This document shows positions 40,430-49,967 of a stretch of DNA of 64,000 nt, one piece after another. Within the stretch, counting starts at the first letter, position 1; every line of letters starts with the position of its first letter. A program made the position numbers and the translations under genes. This DNA is from a virus (taxonomy: Duplodnaviria; Caudoviricetes), in the IMG/VR virus record IMGVR_UViG_2802428822_000002, positions 1 through 64,000 of that record; one strand, written 5' to 3'. A model generated the notes under the pieces. It saw only the letters and a list, made by a program, of their open reading frames with translations. It made no database searches and had not been told where the DNA came from.

Positions 40430-41791
40430 TTAAACGCGCATCGGCATAAGGCAGGACATCCAGCCGGCGCGATCGCCAGTAACGAGAGCGGGCGATCCTG
40501 CATCCGAAAACTTCATGGTGAAACTTGAGCCGTTGCCGCGAGCGTCTTCGATGATGGCCATCGTGTAGCCGGCGTTGAAACCGATCTCGAATTCATCGCC
40601 ATCATAGTCGCAAGCGATGTCAGCGACGGCGCTGCCAGAGTCCGGATTGTTGACGGTGAGGCGGCAATTCCCGGCAGTGAACGTGAATTTCGCCGACCTA
40701 CCTCGCTCTCTGGAAATCAGCGATATGAGCGATACAGCTCGGATAGCTTCAATCGCCCCATCCGCATCCATGGTTGCTGTCTTGTCGTTCCATGCTGGAA
40801 TGACGCGCTGATAGTCGGGGAACGTGCCGTCGACCGTCTTCGAGGTGATGACGATATCGTCAAAGGAAAGGCGCACCTTGGTTTCGGTCACAGCAATGGT
40901 GACGCTTTCCGGGCACGCCTTGCCCTTCATGAGTTTATGGAAGAGAGAGACCGTCTTGCGCGGAATGATGACATCCGGCATCCCGGCGGAACCTTCCGGC
41001 GCGTCGATATCCTGGCGATAGAGGCGATGGCCGTCGGTTGCGACCATGCGGAGCTGCGACCCGCCTTCGGTCTCAACGGTATGGAGATAGATCCCGTTCA
41101 GGTAATAGCGGGTTTCCTCCGTTGATACCGCGCCCATGGTTGAATCGATACCATCCCAGAACGCTTTGCCGGGAAGCTGGAATGTGAAGGCTGAAGCAGC
41201 CGGGCCGGCAAGGTGTGGCCAATCATTCAGCGAAAGTGGCTGCAGATGATACTGCACGCGTTCGAAGTCGAGAGAGTCCCGGTCTTCGCCGGTTGTGATC
41301 GCCACGAAATCGCTTGCCGTCGCCTTCTTGAGCAAATCCTTGAGGAGATGCGCGGGCAGTGTTGTTCCGAATTCACGGTCCGCGGCCGCTGGGATAGTTA
41401 CCGCGATCTCGATATCCAAATCTGTGCCGGTCAGGCTAAGTGCCTCGCCGGTGCCGACAAGCGCGACATTCGAAAGGATCGGGATCGTATTGCGCTTTTC
41501 GATCACGCTGTTGACGATTTCAACTGCGCGCGTCAGGCGAGCGCGTTCGATCAATGCAGATGCGCCGACAACCGGTTCGGCTGAAGGCAGACCGACGGGT
41601 GCGTTGTCGTTTTTAGCGACGATTGCCAGCTCGACGGGTTCGAGCTCGACTGACACGGCCTCGGCTTCGGCTTCCGGCTGCTTTCCACGTGCCGGGAAGG
41701 GGATGATATCAGCGGAAATTTTCTGGCTTGTCGCCGTCTCGATGGAAATCTCCGAAGCTGACTGCATAGCGCGTGCAATGTGTGCGTTCAT
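40430..41791 (-). CDS. dnaN: DNA polymerase III beta sliding clamp (copy 2) with N-terminal extension
   Basis: NTIPILSNV, STEETRYYLNG, VATDGHRL, IGFNAGY, LMPMRV. Confidence 0.93.
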   Translation of the reverse strand: MNAHIARAMQSASEISIETATSQKISADIIPFPARGKQPEAEAEAVSVELEPVELAIVAKNDNAPVGLPSAEPVVGASALIERARLTRAVEIVNSVIEKRNTIPILSNVALVGTGEALSLTGTDLDIEIAVTIPAAADREFGTTLPAHLLKDLLKKATASDFVAITTGEDRDSLDFERVQYHLQPLSLNDWPHLAGPAASAFTFQLPGKAFWDGIDSTMGAVSTEETRYYLNGIYLHTVETEGGSQLRMVATDGHRLYRQDIDAPEGSAGMPDVIIPRKTVSLFHKLMKGKACPESVTIAVTETKVRLSFDDIVITSKTVDGTFPDYQRVIPAWNDKTATMDADGAIEAIRAVSLISLISRERGRSAKFTFTAGNCRLTVNNPDSGSAVADIACDYDGDEFEIGFNAGYTMAIIEDARGNGSSFTMKFSDAGSPALVTGDRAGWMSCLMPMRV

Positions 41792-41884
41792 TCGTTCATT
41801 CTCCTTTGCGATCACAATTGATCTATTGGTGGCGATTCCACCTCGCACCGGCTGCGAGAGCCGGTGAAAGCTGAAATCGATCAG

Positions 41885-42214
41885 TCAACCGTCTTCGTCA
41901 TCATCGAAAACCGGCAAGCCTTCGATGACATCCGCGTCCGCGTCGAATAGGATGTAATGGCAAGCATTCGCGTGAGCGTGCCGGATGATTGGGAAAAGGT
42001 CCTCCGGCATCCCATAGTCCATCCCGCCATCATCTGGCAGTTTTGGCGCGTGAATGAACCATCCGGTCATGGTAGCGCCAAGCGTGCTCATGAGCGCGCC
42101 GCCACCAAATCCGTAGTAGCTCACGGCGTGATTCATCGTTGCGCTTTCTGACAGCCATGCCTTAGCGGCTGGTGTCAGGTGGGCGGTTGAAAGGTAGAGA
42201 AACTTCCTGATCAT
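41885..42214 (-). CDS. hypothetical protein (DUF5983-like)
   Basis: LSTAHL..GWF..P.DL..ILFDAD. Confidence 0.7.
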   Translation of the reverse strand: MIRKFLYLSTAHLTPAAKAWLSESATMNHAVSYYGFGGGALMSTLGATMTGWFIHAPKLPDDGGMDYGMPEDLFPIIRHAHANACHYILFDADADVIEGLPVFDDDEDG

Positions 42215-42257
42215 TCTTCATTCTCCTATCGTGGCCACGCGTAGCCTATGGCTTGCC

Positions 42258-42524
42258 TTACACGCACTTCGTGAAGTCGCGCTTTGTGATCTTCTTGCCC
42301 TTCTTGTTTTGCACAAGGAGAGTCATGTACGGCGAAATTGACAACTCCGGCAAATCTTCGGAGTCGAGCGGGAGACCGGAAACCTCGATTTCATTGATCA
42401 CTTGATTCCTGAATTCAACCGAACTGGAATCGTGGGTGATCAGTTTTTCAAAGGCTTCCTGCTTCGACTTAGCCTTGACGTAAGCCGTGGTGTAGATCAT
42501 GACGTCCGTTTGATAGATCGGCAT
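42258..42524 (-). CDS. hypothetical protein
   Basis: 88 aa, coupled. Confidence 0.65.
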   Translation of the reverse strand: MPIYQTDVMIYTTAYVKAKSKQEAFEKLITHDSSSVEFRNQVINEIEVSGLPLDSEDLPELSISPYMTLLVQNKKGKKITKRDFTKCV

Positions 42525-42742
42525 CAGACCTCATCCCCATCGATCGCCACGGCGCTCCACTCGGTTGATCCTGATGCGTCCTCAATGGTCTCCAGACGGG
42601 CCACAATCGGCGATCCGTCCGGCAGGGTTCCCAAGTTTCCAGTGTCCATCTCCGCATCCTCCAAGGCAGCAATTGCTTCTTCTTCGGATTCGGCTTCGAT
42701 CTCGAATGCGCAATAAATGCGCGCAGCAAATTTGTAACGCAT
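42524..42742 (-). CDS. small acidic protein
   Basis: SD AGGAGG plus hairpin motif; EAESEEEA. Confidence 0.75.
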   Translation of the reverse strand: MRYKFAARIYCAFEIEAESEEEAIAALEDAEMDTGNLGTLPDGSPIVARLETIEDASGSTEWSAVAIDGDEV

Positions 42743-42864
42743 GCTCTTGACCTCCTGAGTGCCACGATTGGCTGGTTTGCCGCCCTATGCGGCTTGTACG
42801 TCATCGACTTCGACGTCCTGGTTGTTGCCGTCAATATCCTCGGACGGGATTTCCGATTGCGCTG

Positions 42865-43122
42865 TCATGCAGCGTGGCCCAGATACTTTGCATTTCGCAG
42901 CCTCAACAATCCGAGCCGCCAATTGATCCGGTAGCCAATGCCACCAGAAAGAATGGTGAAATGTCCTTGCGTGCCGACAGCAAGCAAAGCCTGCTTAATC
43001 AAAGCAGGAGAGCATGGGGCTATAACAAATTCCCCATCTCTCTTTTTGAAAACAACCCAGTCACGCCGACCGTATCGCGATTTCCGTGCGGCGTCCTGAA
43101 AGGTGAGTGCACCTTCTTTCAT
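42865..43122 (-). CDS. hypothetical basic protein
   Basis: TGATG-coupled start MKEGAL. Confidence 0.6.
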   Translation of the reverse strand: MKEGALTFQDAARKSRYGRRDWVVFKKRDGEFVIAPCSPALIKQALLAVGTQGHFTILSGGIGYRINWRLGLLRLRNAKYLGHAA

Positions 43123-43433
43123 CAGGCCACGCAAGCGATGCGATAATTGATGGAAAGCGGGCTCCAGACGAAATCTGCCGGAACATCGCCGTTATGCACC
43201 CATGCACGCATTCCGCCTTGGATCTTCTGGAATGCTTCGTGGTGGGTGAGTGCCTTGCACGGCATGCCTTTGCCGGTGAAGGCCTCGATTGCCCGTTGCC
43301 GATCATCGGGAGACTGAAAGGCGAATAGCTCTTCGCCATTGCCCCAGTCGGACAGGACAAAGAAGGTATCGAACACCGGCGAACCGGATGCATCGGAATA
43401 GGTGGCAAAGTTAGAGGGTTGATGAGTGAGCAT
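43122..43433 (-). CDS. hypothetical protein
   Basis: SD AGGAG plus hairpin motif. Confidence 0.72.
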   Translation of the reverse strand: MLTHQPSNFATYSDASGSPVFDTFFVLSDWGNGEELFAFQSPDDRQRAIEAFTGKGMPCKALTHHEAFQKIQGGMRAWVHNGDVPADFVWSPLSINYRIACVA

Positions 43434-43474
43434 CGATCGATCTCCTATAGTGGCACAATTGCCGGTGAAAGAAT

Positions 43475-43795
43475 TCAGGTGCGAGCGTAGCGCCGGACGG
43501 CGATCCGAAATTGCATATGGAGCGCGTGCAACGTGTCGCGGATCACCTTGCCAAGGGGAATGTTGATCTCATGCGACTCGTGAGACCACGTGTCCAGGTC
43601 GGGCTTGTAGCGTTCGATCACATCATAAGGATCATCATCGAATTCATGCCCGATTTCCTTTAACCTTGAGTCATGAACATGAGGCGCGACCGCGCGGTTG
43701 AACATGTTAGTCAAAGCCGCTTCCTCGGTCATGAAGACGGCGCATTCGGTTGCGAAATTCGTGTCGGAAACGACTGTCCAGATGACTGCTTTCAT
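43475..43795 (-). CDS. hypothetical protein
   Basis: Start MKAVIW after hairpin and GAGGAG. Confidence 0.72.
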   Translation of the reverse strand: MKAVIWTVVSDTNFATECAVFMTEEAALTNMFNRAVAPHVHDSRLKEIGHEFDDDPYDVIERYKPDLDTWSHESHEINIPLGKVIRDTLHALHMQFRIAVRRYART

Positions 43796-44301
43796 GGTCT
43801 TGATCTCCTCTTGTGCCACACTTGGCAGTTGGACTTCGATTGTTCATTGATCACGCTCCGAGTTGGCTTAGCGTCTCCGCCGCTTAGGCGCGGTTGGTCC
43901 ATTGCATCCAAGAAGGGAGCGGATCGTGAGCAATCAAGCGATTGTCATGCGCCGAATGTGTTCGCCGCTCTTATGTCGGCTACTGGCAAGCATGGCGCGC
44001 TTAGGATGAGTTCACCTAGTCTACCCATTACGGGCGAGGCGACAGGAACAAGATTAAATCACCGGTCAATTAGGCTGTTACTCCAGCGGGAGCCACCCGC
44101 AAGCATCTTGCCGGTTTTAGTATCCCGGCGCATGACTGCCTCCTATATTGCCGTTCAAGGCGTCCCGTTCGGGTATCCCTATGGGAATTTCATCAGGCGG
44201 CCTTGTCGCCTTGATTGGTATGTGCTGCTAGATCGTCCTGGCGTCGGCCACCAATGCAGGACGATTATGCGGAGGGCGGCGACTAACGCCGCCCAATCTG
44301 G

Positions 44302-45540
44302 TTAAACCGCGAGGTGAAGGACTTCACCAAAGGGCACTTTCGCAGCAAGGCGTGCGATGGTCTTTCGCTCTCCATATGCCGCCCAAATGACCGGCGCGGC
44401 GGGTTGCTCTCCGAAATGTTCCGGTTTGCAATCCAAGTCTGTCAAATAGACGATTGCCGACGCGTCAGGCGCATTGTCTTCGATCCATTCGAAGGCTGGA
44501 GCAAATCGCGTGCCGCCGCTTCCGCGCGCCTTGATCTGCATTTCCTCGCCCCGTTCAAATGTAAGGACCTGATGCACAGCGACATTGCAAAAGATCACTG
44601 TGATCTTGTCCGCCGCTCCTTCATCAAGCGCGGCCTTGGCTTCCGCTGAACATGCGGCGAAAGCATCTTGATCGATGGAACTGGAGTCATCGACCACATA
44701 GACCACATGCGAAAGCGAGTCCGCCACGAGTCCGGGAAGGATCAAACCCGCGCCGATATAGCGCCGGTTTGGGTTCATCCACGAATAATCCTTGACGGAA
44801 GATTGATCGATGAAAGCCCGCAATTCTTCTTTCCAGTTATAGCGAGGCGCGATTGTCACCGCGTCTATTTCTTGAAGAAATCCCGGAATGCTTCCCGCAT
44901 TATGAGCCTTGGCCACGGCGAGCGCTTGCCGAACGTTTGCTTTCCATTCGTTTTCGCTTGCTGTCAGCTTGCCGGGCTCATGAGCGGGCGCGGCATCCCT
45001 GATTTCCACCATTGCCGCGCTAGGCTGATCGCCGGGCGCGCCTGTCTGGTTTCCGTCCGGCTTGCCGCTTGCCGATGACGGCGAGGGCTGTTGATGGCCG
45101 GCGCCTTGCTGATCGTTCGGCTTGCCTTTGTCGCCGTCCTGCTTGGCCTTCTGGAGGCGTTGGAAAATCTCCTCCTCCGAAAGGTCCGTGTAAGCTGGAT
45201 TGATCAATGCGCCTTCCGGCAGATTGAACCCGGCTTCCTTTAGTTCGGGGTTGACCGAATAGGCACACGCCTTTTTCCATTCTTCCGGCGCACGGTTGCC
45301 GCGCCGGACATGATGGAGCCTTGCGCAACTCGAAACCGCGCTGGCGACATAGCCGCGCAAGACGGAAGGCTTCAACCCCTCGACAAACGAAGGATTGAAG
45401 CCAAGGGACGCGCCGTCCGTCCACATTTCCTTGCATGCCGGATCCTCGACAAGCTCCAGATGCAACGAAAGCGTTGCATAGAACGGTTGCTCCGTCATCA
45501 AGACGGCGCGCGCGTTATCGACTAGCTGAAACGCGCTCAT
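44302..45540 (-). CDS. VWA-domain protein with DUF2201-like metallopeptidase N-terminus
   Basis: MWTDG, DDSSSI (MIDAS), GSGGT.F, YLTD; HExxH position degenerate. Confidence 0.82.
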   Translation of the reverse strand: MSAFQLVDNARAVLMTEQPFYATLSLHLELVEDPACKEMWTDGASLGFNPSFVEGLKPSVLRGYVASAVSSCARLHHVRRGNRAPEEWKKACAYSVNPELKEAGFNLPEGALINPAYTDLSEEEIFQRLQKAKQDGDKGKPNDQQGAGHQQPSPSSASGKPDGNQTGAPGDQPSAAMVEIRDAAPAHEPGKLTASENEWKANVRQALAVAKAHNAGSIPGFLQEIDAVTIAPRYNWKEELRAFIDQSSVKDYSWMNPNRRYIGAGLILPGLVADSLSHVVYVVDDSSSIDQDAFAACSAEAKAALDEGAADKITVIFCNVAVHQVLTFERGEEMQIKARGSGGTRFAPAFEWIEDNAPDASAIVYLTDLDCKPEHFGEQPAAPVIWAAYGERKTIARLAAKVPFGEVLHLAV

Positions 45541-46586
45541 GCAAAAACTGCCGTGTTGCGACCGCACCAGCTAACCCACGCGCCTGTTTCAGCAAGGGAT
45601 TTGTTGCGCTTTTGAGAGTCGACCGCCGTTAGGACTTCATAGGCTTTGGGAATACGCTTGATGTATTCCATGATTGCGCCGTAATTGATCGGCGTTGCAG
45701 CCCGGGCGAGGGCGGCGGAAACCGCGAAAAGCGCGCCCGGGCCTTGCGGAACCTTTGCGCCCGCAGGATCGGCAAGGATCGTTTTGATCGAAGGAACGTC
45801 AAGAAACGTCCGAATAAAGCCCTCGAATTCGACCGACGGACCGACGCCGACGCGCCCGGCGATGAGCGGTTGCCTCATCTCCGCGTCACGGTCCGCATAA
45901 TTGGCCGCGTCCGTCCAAGAGCGCGGAGTCGGAAAGGCGCGGGCATCAGCTGGCATGGAAAGCTTGATATCGCCGTCATCGAGCGCAACGCCAGGCATCA
46001 GGTGAAAGAGTTGTGGCCGGAAGCGGAGGAAGGCAATCATTGCCGGATGGCGATTAGTGGCAATCGCCCAATCGGCCCACGGCGCAACATCTGGCACAAC
46101 GTCGATATGCGCGAAACGGTTCGCGAGCGCGGAAGGCATTCTTTGCGCGCTGGCGCGGTCGGACTGCCGATTGCCGGCGGCCGCAATCCTCCATCCCGGC
46201 GGCAATCTGTATTCGCCAATGCGGCGATTCAGGATGAGCTGATAGCACGCGGCTTGCGTGGATGCAGGCGCGGCGTTGATTTCATCGAGGAAGAGAATTC
46301 CGCGTGGGCCATCGCGCTTTTCATCTGGCAGAATCGACGGGTTCGCCCAAATCGCCGCGCCGTCTTTGATGTGCGGCAAGCCACGCAGGTCAACCGGCTC
46401 AAGGGTCGTAAGCCGCTGGTCGATAAGTGCTAGACCCAATTTGTCGGCAGTTTGCGCGACAATGTCAGATTTGCCGCAACCGGGAGGACCCCAAAGCATG
46501 GCGGGCGTATCGCCTTCAATATAAGCCTCCAGCATCTTGGCCGCGAAGTCGATTTTGACGCCTTTGTCTTGAATGTGCATGTTCAT
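45537..46586 (-). CDS. MoxR-like AAA+ ATPase
   Basis: GPPGCGKS, LFLDE, AAGN, ALANRF, PTPRSW. Confidence 0.9.
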   Translation of the reverse strand: MNMHIQDKGVKIDFAAKMLEAYIEGDTPAMLWGPPGCGKSDIVAQTADKLGLALIDQRLTTLEPVDLRGLPHIKDGAAIWANPSILPDEKRDGPRGILFLDEINAAPASTQAACYQLILNRRIGEYRLPPGWRIAAAGNRQSDRASAQRMPSALANRFAHIDVVPDVAPWADWAIATNRHPAMIAFLRFRPQLFHLMPGVALDDGDIKLSMPADARAFPTPRSWTDAANYADRDAEMRQPLIAGRVGVGPSVEFEGFIRTFLDVPSIKTILADPAGAKVPQGPGALFAVSAALARAATPINYGAIMEYIKRIPKAYEVLTAVDSQKRNKSLAETGAWVSWCGRNTAVFA

Positions 46587-46628
46587 TTTTTCAATCTCCA
46601 GAATGTGCCACGATTGGCGAATTGATGA

Positions 46629-47504
46629 TTATGCGAGGAAATCGGAGACGTCCGCGAGGATCGCGGCGGCGGCATCCGCCACGCTTTCCCGCAAGTCTTC
46701 GTTTTCCCGGAGTGTGTCCGCATCATGCCGCACAAGTTCGCGCCGCATGCGTTCAGCGATCTCCGAAAGCCTTGGATCGCTGGTAATGTTCAACGCAGGC
46801 AGAACAAGCGCCAGGTCGCGCACATTCTCGACAAGAGAGTCGCGAAATATGCCTTGCGCTTTCACGTTGTCATTGCCGGGAATATAGTTGCGGAGCTTTT
46901 CCACCATGCGTTCACAGACTTCCGAAACGCGGCGGTAGACGTCGCGCACGGCTTCCTGCAATTGCTCTTTTGCCCGTTCTTCGATCTCTGCGCGGATGAT
47001 TTCCGCTTGAGCGTCACCAACGGCCACGCGGAAATCTTCGGCAGCTGGAACCGGATTGATGATTGTTTTGAAATCAAACCGGGCGCGGATTTCTGCCTCG
47101 CCCGGATAATCTTCCGGCTTGAACAGGTCCCCAAGGCGCTTTTTCGCGTCCTCGACATGCTTCGAATAGCCTTTGATGAATTCATCCACGGCATTGTCAA
47201 AGTCCGCCCTGATACCGCGCAAACGCGCCGTATAGTCGAGATAGGCGGCAGCAGGAAGAAGACGGGCGCCGTCATCCTGCCAAGGGAGAGTCCGCGAGTA
47301 GTGGAACGTCCGCGCTGCGCTGATAGCCGATTGGATAGGCGCAAGCGCCTCTTTGTTCACCAGCAGCTTGTTATAGCGTCCGGCATCATTGGCCGCGCCA
47401 TGAGATTCATTCACCTCATCCGTTACTTTACGGTCGATGCGGCGTGCGGTCCAAGCGGAAACGCGGACGTGAGAAAGCATTGCTTTTTCAGACAGGACAG
47501 ACAT
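46629..47504 (-). CDS. DUF3150-like protein
   Basis: AGRYNKLL, TLPW, DYP..RARF; precedes MoxR/VWA pair; start MSVLSE. Confidence 0.65.
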   Translation of the reverse strand: MSVLSEKAMLSHVRVSAWTARRIDRKVTDEVNESHGAANDAGRYNKLLVNKEALAPIQSAISAARTFHYSRTLPWQDDGARLLPAAAYLDYTARLRGIRADFDNAVDEFIKGYSKHVEDAKKRLGDLFKPEDYPGEAEIRARFDFKTIINPVPAAEDFRVAVGDAQAEIIRAEIEERAKEQLQEAVRDVYRRVSEVCERMVEKLRNYIPGNDNVKAQGIFRDSLVENVRDLALVLPALNITSDPRLSEIAERMRRELVRHDADTLRENEDLRESVADAAAAILADVSDFLA

Positions 47505-47560
47505 TTTCAAGCTCCGTTGTGCCACTATTGGCGAGGGGTGGCCTTAAGGCCGGTTGATGA

Positions 47561-47743
47561 TCAGTTCAGGAATTCACGCTTGCGGGCGATGGCCTTGCGG
47601 CGCTGATCGCGGCGCTTGCGGCCGTCTTCCGTTTTCGAGAACGGCGCGGCATGCTTGCCAGCGACTTCACGGCGCGGCTGAAAGAAGTCTTCGAGGTTAA
47701 CCGAGAGACGGCGGATTGCTTCGGCGGAAAGCGGCTTGTTCAT
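47561..47743 (-). CDS. small basic protein
   Basis: SD GAGGAG, MNKPLS. Confidence 0.65.
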   Translation of the reverse strand: MNKPLSAEAIRRLSVNLEDFFQPRREVAGKHAAPFSKTEDGRKRRDQRRKAIARKREFLN

Positions 47744-47788
47744 ATGTTCAAATCTCCTCTTGTTGCGCCTCAAGGGCGAGGGGTTGAC

Positions 47789-47959
47789 TTAGTAACCGTT
47801 GCCAGAGAGAAGGCGGACCTTTTCCTGAAACTCACGCGCCGCCAAAACCTTAACCAAGCCTTGAAGCTGGAAACGCAGGTTGGACTTGCGAAGAGGGTTT
47901 GCTTCGCGTTCGATTGCGGCTTTCAGAATGCGGACTTTCTTTTCCGTCTCGGTTGACAT
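47789..47959 (-). CDS. small protein (56 aa, below ORF-track cutoff)
   Basis: MSTETEKKVRILKAAIERE...; hairpin motif plus GGAG SD. Confidence 0.68.
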   Translation of the reverse strand: MSTETEKKVRILKAAIEREANPLRKSNLRFQLQGLVKVLAAREFQEKVRLLSGNGY

Positions 47960-48043
47960 GGTTTGATCTCCGTTGCGGCCACCATTGGCCAGGACACTAG
48001 CGCCCGGATATCGGCACGGCTGAGCGTGTCGATACGCAAGAGG

Positions 48044-48211
48044 CTAGGCTTTGCTTGCTGCAATCGAACGGTTGAGCTCTTGCAGATATTGCATGATTGG
48101 AACGGCTTCATATTTCGCCGTGTCCACCCGCTCGACAAAGGCGCGGCTGAACGTCTCGAGGATGGCCGCTTTCGTTTCGCGGTCTCGGATAACCCAGCTA
48201 GCGGTCCGCAT
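48044..48211 (-). CDS. small protein (55 aa, below ORF-track cutoff)
   Basis: MRTASWVIRDRETKAAILETF...; starts 2 nt after previous stop. Confidence 0.65.
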   Translation of the reverse strand: MRTASWVIRDRETKAAILETFSRAFVERVDTAKYEAVPIMQYLQELNRSIAASKA

Positions 48212-48213
48212 GG

Positions 48214-48432
48214 TTATTCGCCAGCAGCGGCGACCGTCACGGCGGGCGCGGTTTCCAGTTCACACACAAGCGGCGCGCCTGAAAGGTCGATAGTCACGCC
48301 GGGAATGATTTCCGCCGCTTTGACGCCTTTGTGGATAGCCGTCTGGCAGTCGGAATAGCTCAAGTGCTGATCAAGCACGAATGTATGGATCTCGCCATTG
48401 ATTGCGAGGAACGCGAGGAATGCGAACGTCAT
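48214..48432 (-). CDS. hypothetical protein
   Basis: Hairpin plus GGAGG SD. Confidence 0.7.
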   Translation of the reverse strand: MTFAFLAFLAINGEIHTFVLDQHLSYSDCQTAIHKGVKAAEIIPGVTIDLSGAPLVCELETAPAVTVAAAGE

Positions 48433-48548
48433 GGCCTTTCAACCTCCGATATGGTCACGATTGACCTGGCATTTCGAAAAGGGCGAACGCGCGCCCTTGC
48501 CGAAAAGTCAGTGTGTCGCTTAGAGCGTCCACCCCATGATTGACGCGG

Positions 48549-48830
48549 TTACTCCGTGACCGGACGAACGGCGAAACAGTGAATGAACGCGAGGCTTTCG
48601 CGATAGAGCCAGCGCGCGCCTTTGGCTTTCCAGATGGTTGCGCCCGGTGCGGTGCGGCGTTCGATGAGTTCGGCTTGCGCGGCGCGTCGACCATTGCGGC
48701 CAAGCGGTGCGGCGCTTCCGTCCGGTGCTGCTATTCCGATAATGTGCCCGGCTATGTCCTCGACGATCTGGCGAGCGCCAGTCCGGCGAGCTGCAGCGCG
48801 TGCGGCTTTCCAAGTAAGGCGAGCATTCAT
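48549..48830 (-). CDS. hypothetical basic protein
   Basis: Start MNARLT after hairpin and GGAG. Confidence 0.65.
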   Translation of the reverse strand: MNARLTWKAARAAARRTGARQIVEDIAGHIIGIAAPDGSAAPLGRNGRRAAQAELIERRTAPGATIWKAKGARWLYRESLAFIHCFAVRPVTE

Positions 48831-48901
48831 TTCGATCTCCAATGTGTCACAGTTGACGGTCTGGCATTTCCATGTCCGCCGCGAGGGCGGACGCGGAAAG
48901 G

Positions 48902-49291
48902 TCACGCGGCTTTGAAAGCTTGGCTCATGATTGCATCTGCCGCGCATTTGGCGCGGTATGCGTCCATAACGGCAGCTGGCCATTTCCGCTTGTCTGAGTA
49001 GCGATCGATGCTTTGCGCATTCAGCTGCCGCTGGAAATGATCGTCCGCGATCTGCGCATTCTCGCATGCGCTGGCCTTGTCGGTTGCCGCGTGCCAGATT
49101 GCGAACTTGTAGACGGCGGCGCGGTCGAATGTGCCTGAACCGGTCTTGAGATTGCGAAGGAAGATTGTTGCGCCCTTGCCAGCGCCTTGGATAGTCGCGA
49201 GGTAGGGAACGCCGACGCTCGCATATGATCCGTTAGGAACGCGGTCAAACACGATGATTGAACCGGACTCGGGAATATTGAGATTGCACAT
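48902..49291 (-). CDS. hypothetical protein
   Basis: Start MCNLNI after hairpin and GGAG. Confidence 0.7.
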   Translation of the reverse strand: MCNLNIPESGSIIVFDRVPNGSYASVGVPYLATIQGAGKGATIFLRNLKTGSGTFDRAAVYKFAIWHAATDKASACENAQIADDHFQRQLNAQSIDRYSDKRKWPAAVMDAYRAKCAADAIMSQAFKAA

Positions 49292-49553
49292 TGTCAGTCT
49301 CCAGTTGTGCCACGATTGGCGGTTTGGGAAACCGGCGAACAAGTCCGCCGGAAACCAAAGCCGTCATGCGGTTTCGGTTATTGTTGCCTCCGTTATTCCG
49401 TGCGCACGGTGGGCTAGCGCTATGATCGGTCCGCCATGGTGCGGGCGATATTTGTCAAAGAACTGAGGCAGCGCCTCGCATGCGGTATGTTTCGGAATGC
49501 TGGCTTGTCAGGCTGGCATTTCGATAAGGGCGGCTAGCGCCCTTGCCGAAAGG

Positions 49554-49874
49554 TCAGAGAACAACGTTGACGCAAACCAGTTCGCGCCAGTCATCGGGAT
49601 AAACAGCGCCCTTGAAGGCGTCCGGGCAGGTGTCGCCGATACCGACCACAAACACCTCGCCGCTGTTCGTAATGGCCTGAAGCTCGACATGCGGGTTGAT
49701 CGAGAGGAGAGCGGCCATAGCGAGGGCGCCGCATGCTGCCATGCCGAAGAAGTCCGCCTTGATCGCTTCCCGGCGAGTGGCGCGGGCCTTGCCGCAAGAG
49801 ACGTTGGCGTAAAAGCCAAAGGCCTTGACTGTCAGGATAGACATGCCGGACTTGGTACGGGTGAGCTTGAACAT
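49554..49874 (-). CDS. hypothetical protein
   Basis: Start MFKLTR after hairpin and GGAG. Confidence 0.68.
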   Translation of the reverse strand: MFKLTRTKSGMSILTVKAFGFYANVSCGKARATRREAIKADFFGMAACGALAMAALLSINPHVELQAITNSGEVFVVGIGDTCPDAFKGAVYPDDWRELVCVNVVL

Positions 49875-49967
49875 TGTATCGGTCTCCGAGGGTGCCACGA
49901 TTGGCGGGTTGAAGCTGGCGACTGGATAGCGGCCCGTAGGCCGCCACCTAGGCGTCAGGGGCGGCCC

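Noticed and set aside
44160-44205. CTGATGA on the minus strand suggesting a hammerhead ribozyme
   Set aside because: No GAAA after stem II and no matching stems I and III could be built
43673-44305. 210-aa plus-strand ORF
   Set aside because: Antisense to the operon, overlaps a supported gene, no SD or motif
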